64,000 bases of DNA, from sequence record MW845758.1; one strand, written 5' to 3'. The notes under the pieces were generated by a model. It searched no databases and had not been told where the DNA came from. It saw only the letters and a list, made by a program, of their open reading frames with translations. Positions 63,903 to 64,000 of the stretch are shown here, one piece after another (position 1 is the first letter of the stretch; each line of letters opens with the position of its first letter). Made by a program: the position numbers and the translations under genes.

Positions 63903-63912
63903 GTGAGGATTA

Positions 63913-64000
63913 ATGAAAGAGTACGACGTCGCCGTGTTATACACGGACGGAAGTCATACCACCGCCCCAATGGGTTCTGGGGCGGGGATTCATGGCTATC
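63913..64000 (+). CDS. RNase H-like protein (partial, runs off the window)
   Basis: MKEYDVAVLYTDGSH..GSGAGIHGY; YTDGS is the RNase HI first-strand motif. Confidence 0.7.
   Translation, partial: MKEYDVAVLYTDGSHTTAPMGSGAGIHGY

Noticed and set aside
216-63944. Numerous 60-240 aa ORFs antisense to or nested in the called genes (e.g. 2588..3316, 7027..7674, 60158..60655)
   Set aside because: They overlap well-supported genes, lack RBS or motifs, and are expected opposite codon-biased genes.
1-64000. tRNA, rRNA, integrase, transposase, intron or intein
   Set aside because: No cloverleaf with a T-loop motif, no recombinase motifs and no interrupted conserved gene were recognised by eye; tRNAscan-SE/Infernal would be needed to exclude them formally.

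Overview
This window looks like part of a jumbo-phage genome of the phiKZ/Chimalliviridae type. That is inferred from the gene architecture, the virion paralog arrays and an SbcC-like ATPase; the host is probably enterobacterial, judging by the DUF1471-like genes. No tRNA, rRNA, CRISPR array, integrase or transposase was seen. Layout: (1) 1-16.3 kb (+): 16 paralogous virion/tail-appendage genes arranged in repeating triplets. (2) 16.3-19.3 kb: a minimal paralog, a lipoprotein and a GH108 lysozyme cassette. (3) 19.4-38.8 kb (-): a tail-fibre region whose distal end holds a tightly coupled radical-SAM modification cluster. The cluster has three precursor-like genes (two with 21-23 Cys spaced every fourth residue, all three with coiled-coil-like leaders), two radical SAM enzymes, two unknown proteins and a DUF4376-like protein, and no protease or transporter. 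This is the standout finding: a RiPP-like system that may modify a virion fibre component. (4) 38.9-42.6 kb: virion protein, two signal-less DUF1471-like proteins and a baseplate spike. (5) 42.7-60 kb (+): accessory/early block with four secreted Cys-paired paralogs, a ParB-like protein, SbcC, tiny membrane ORFs, a GNAT pair, a DarG-like macrodomain and a secreted lytic transglycosylase. (6) 60-64 kb: virion proteins, a spanin-like pair, a DEDDh exonuclease and the start of an RNase H. All family assignments come from motif recognition by eye, not database searches.
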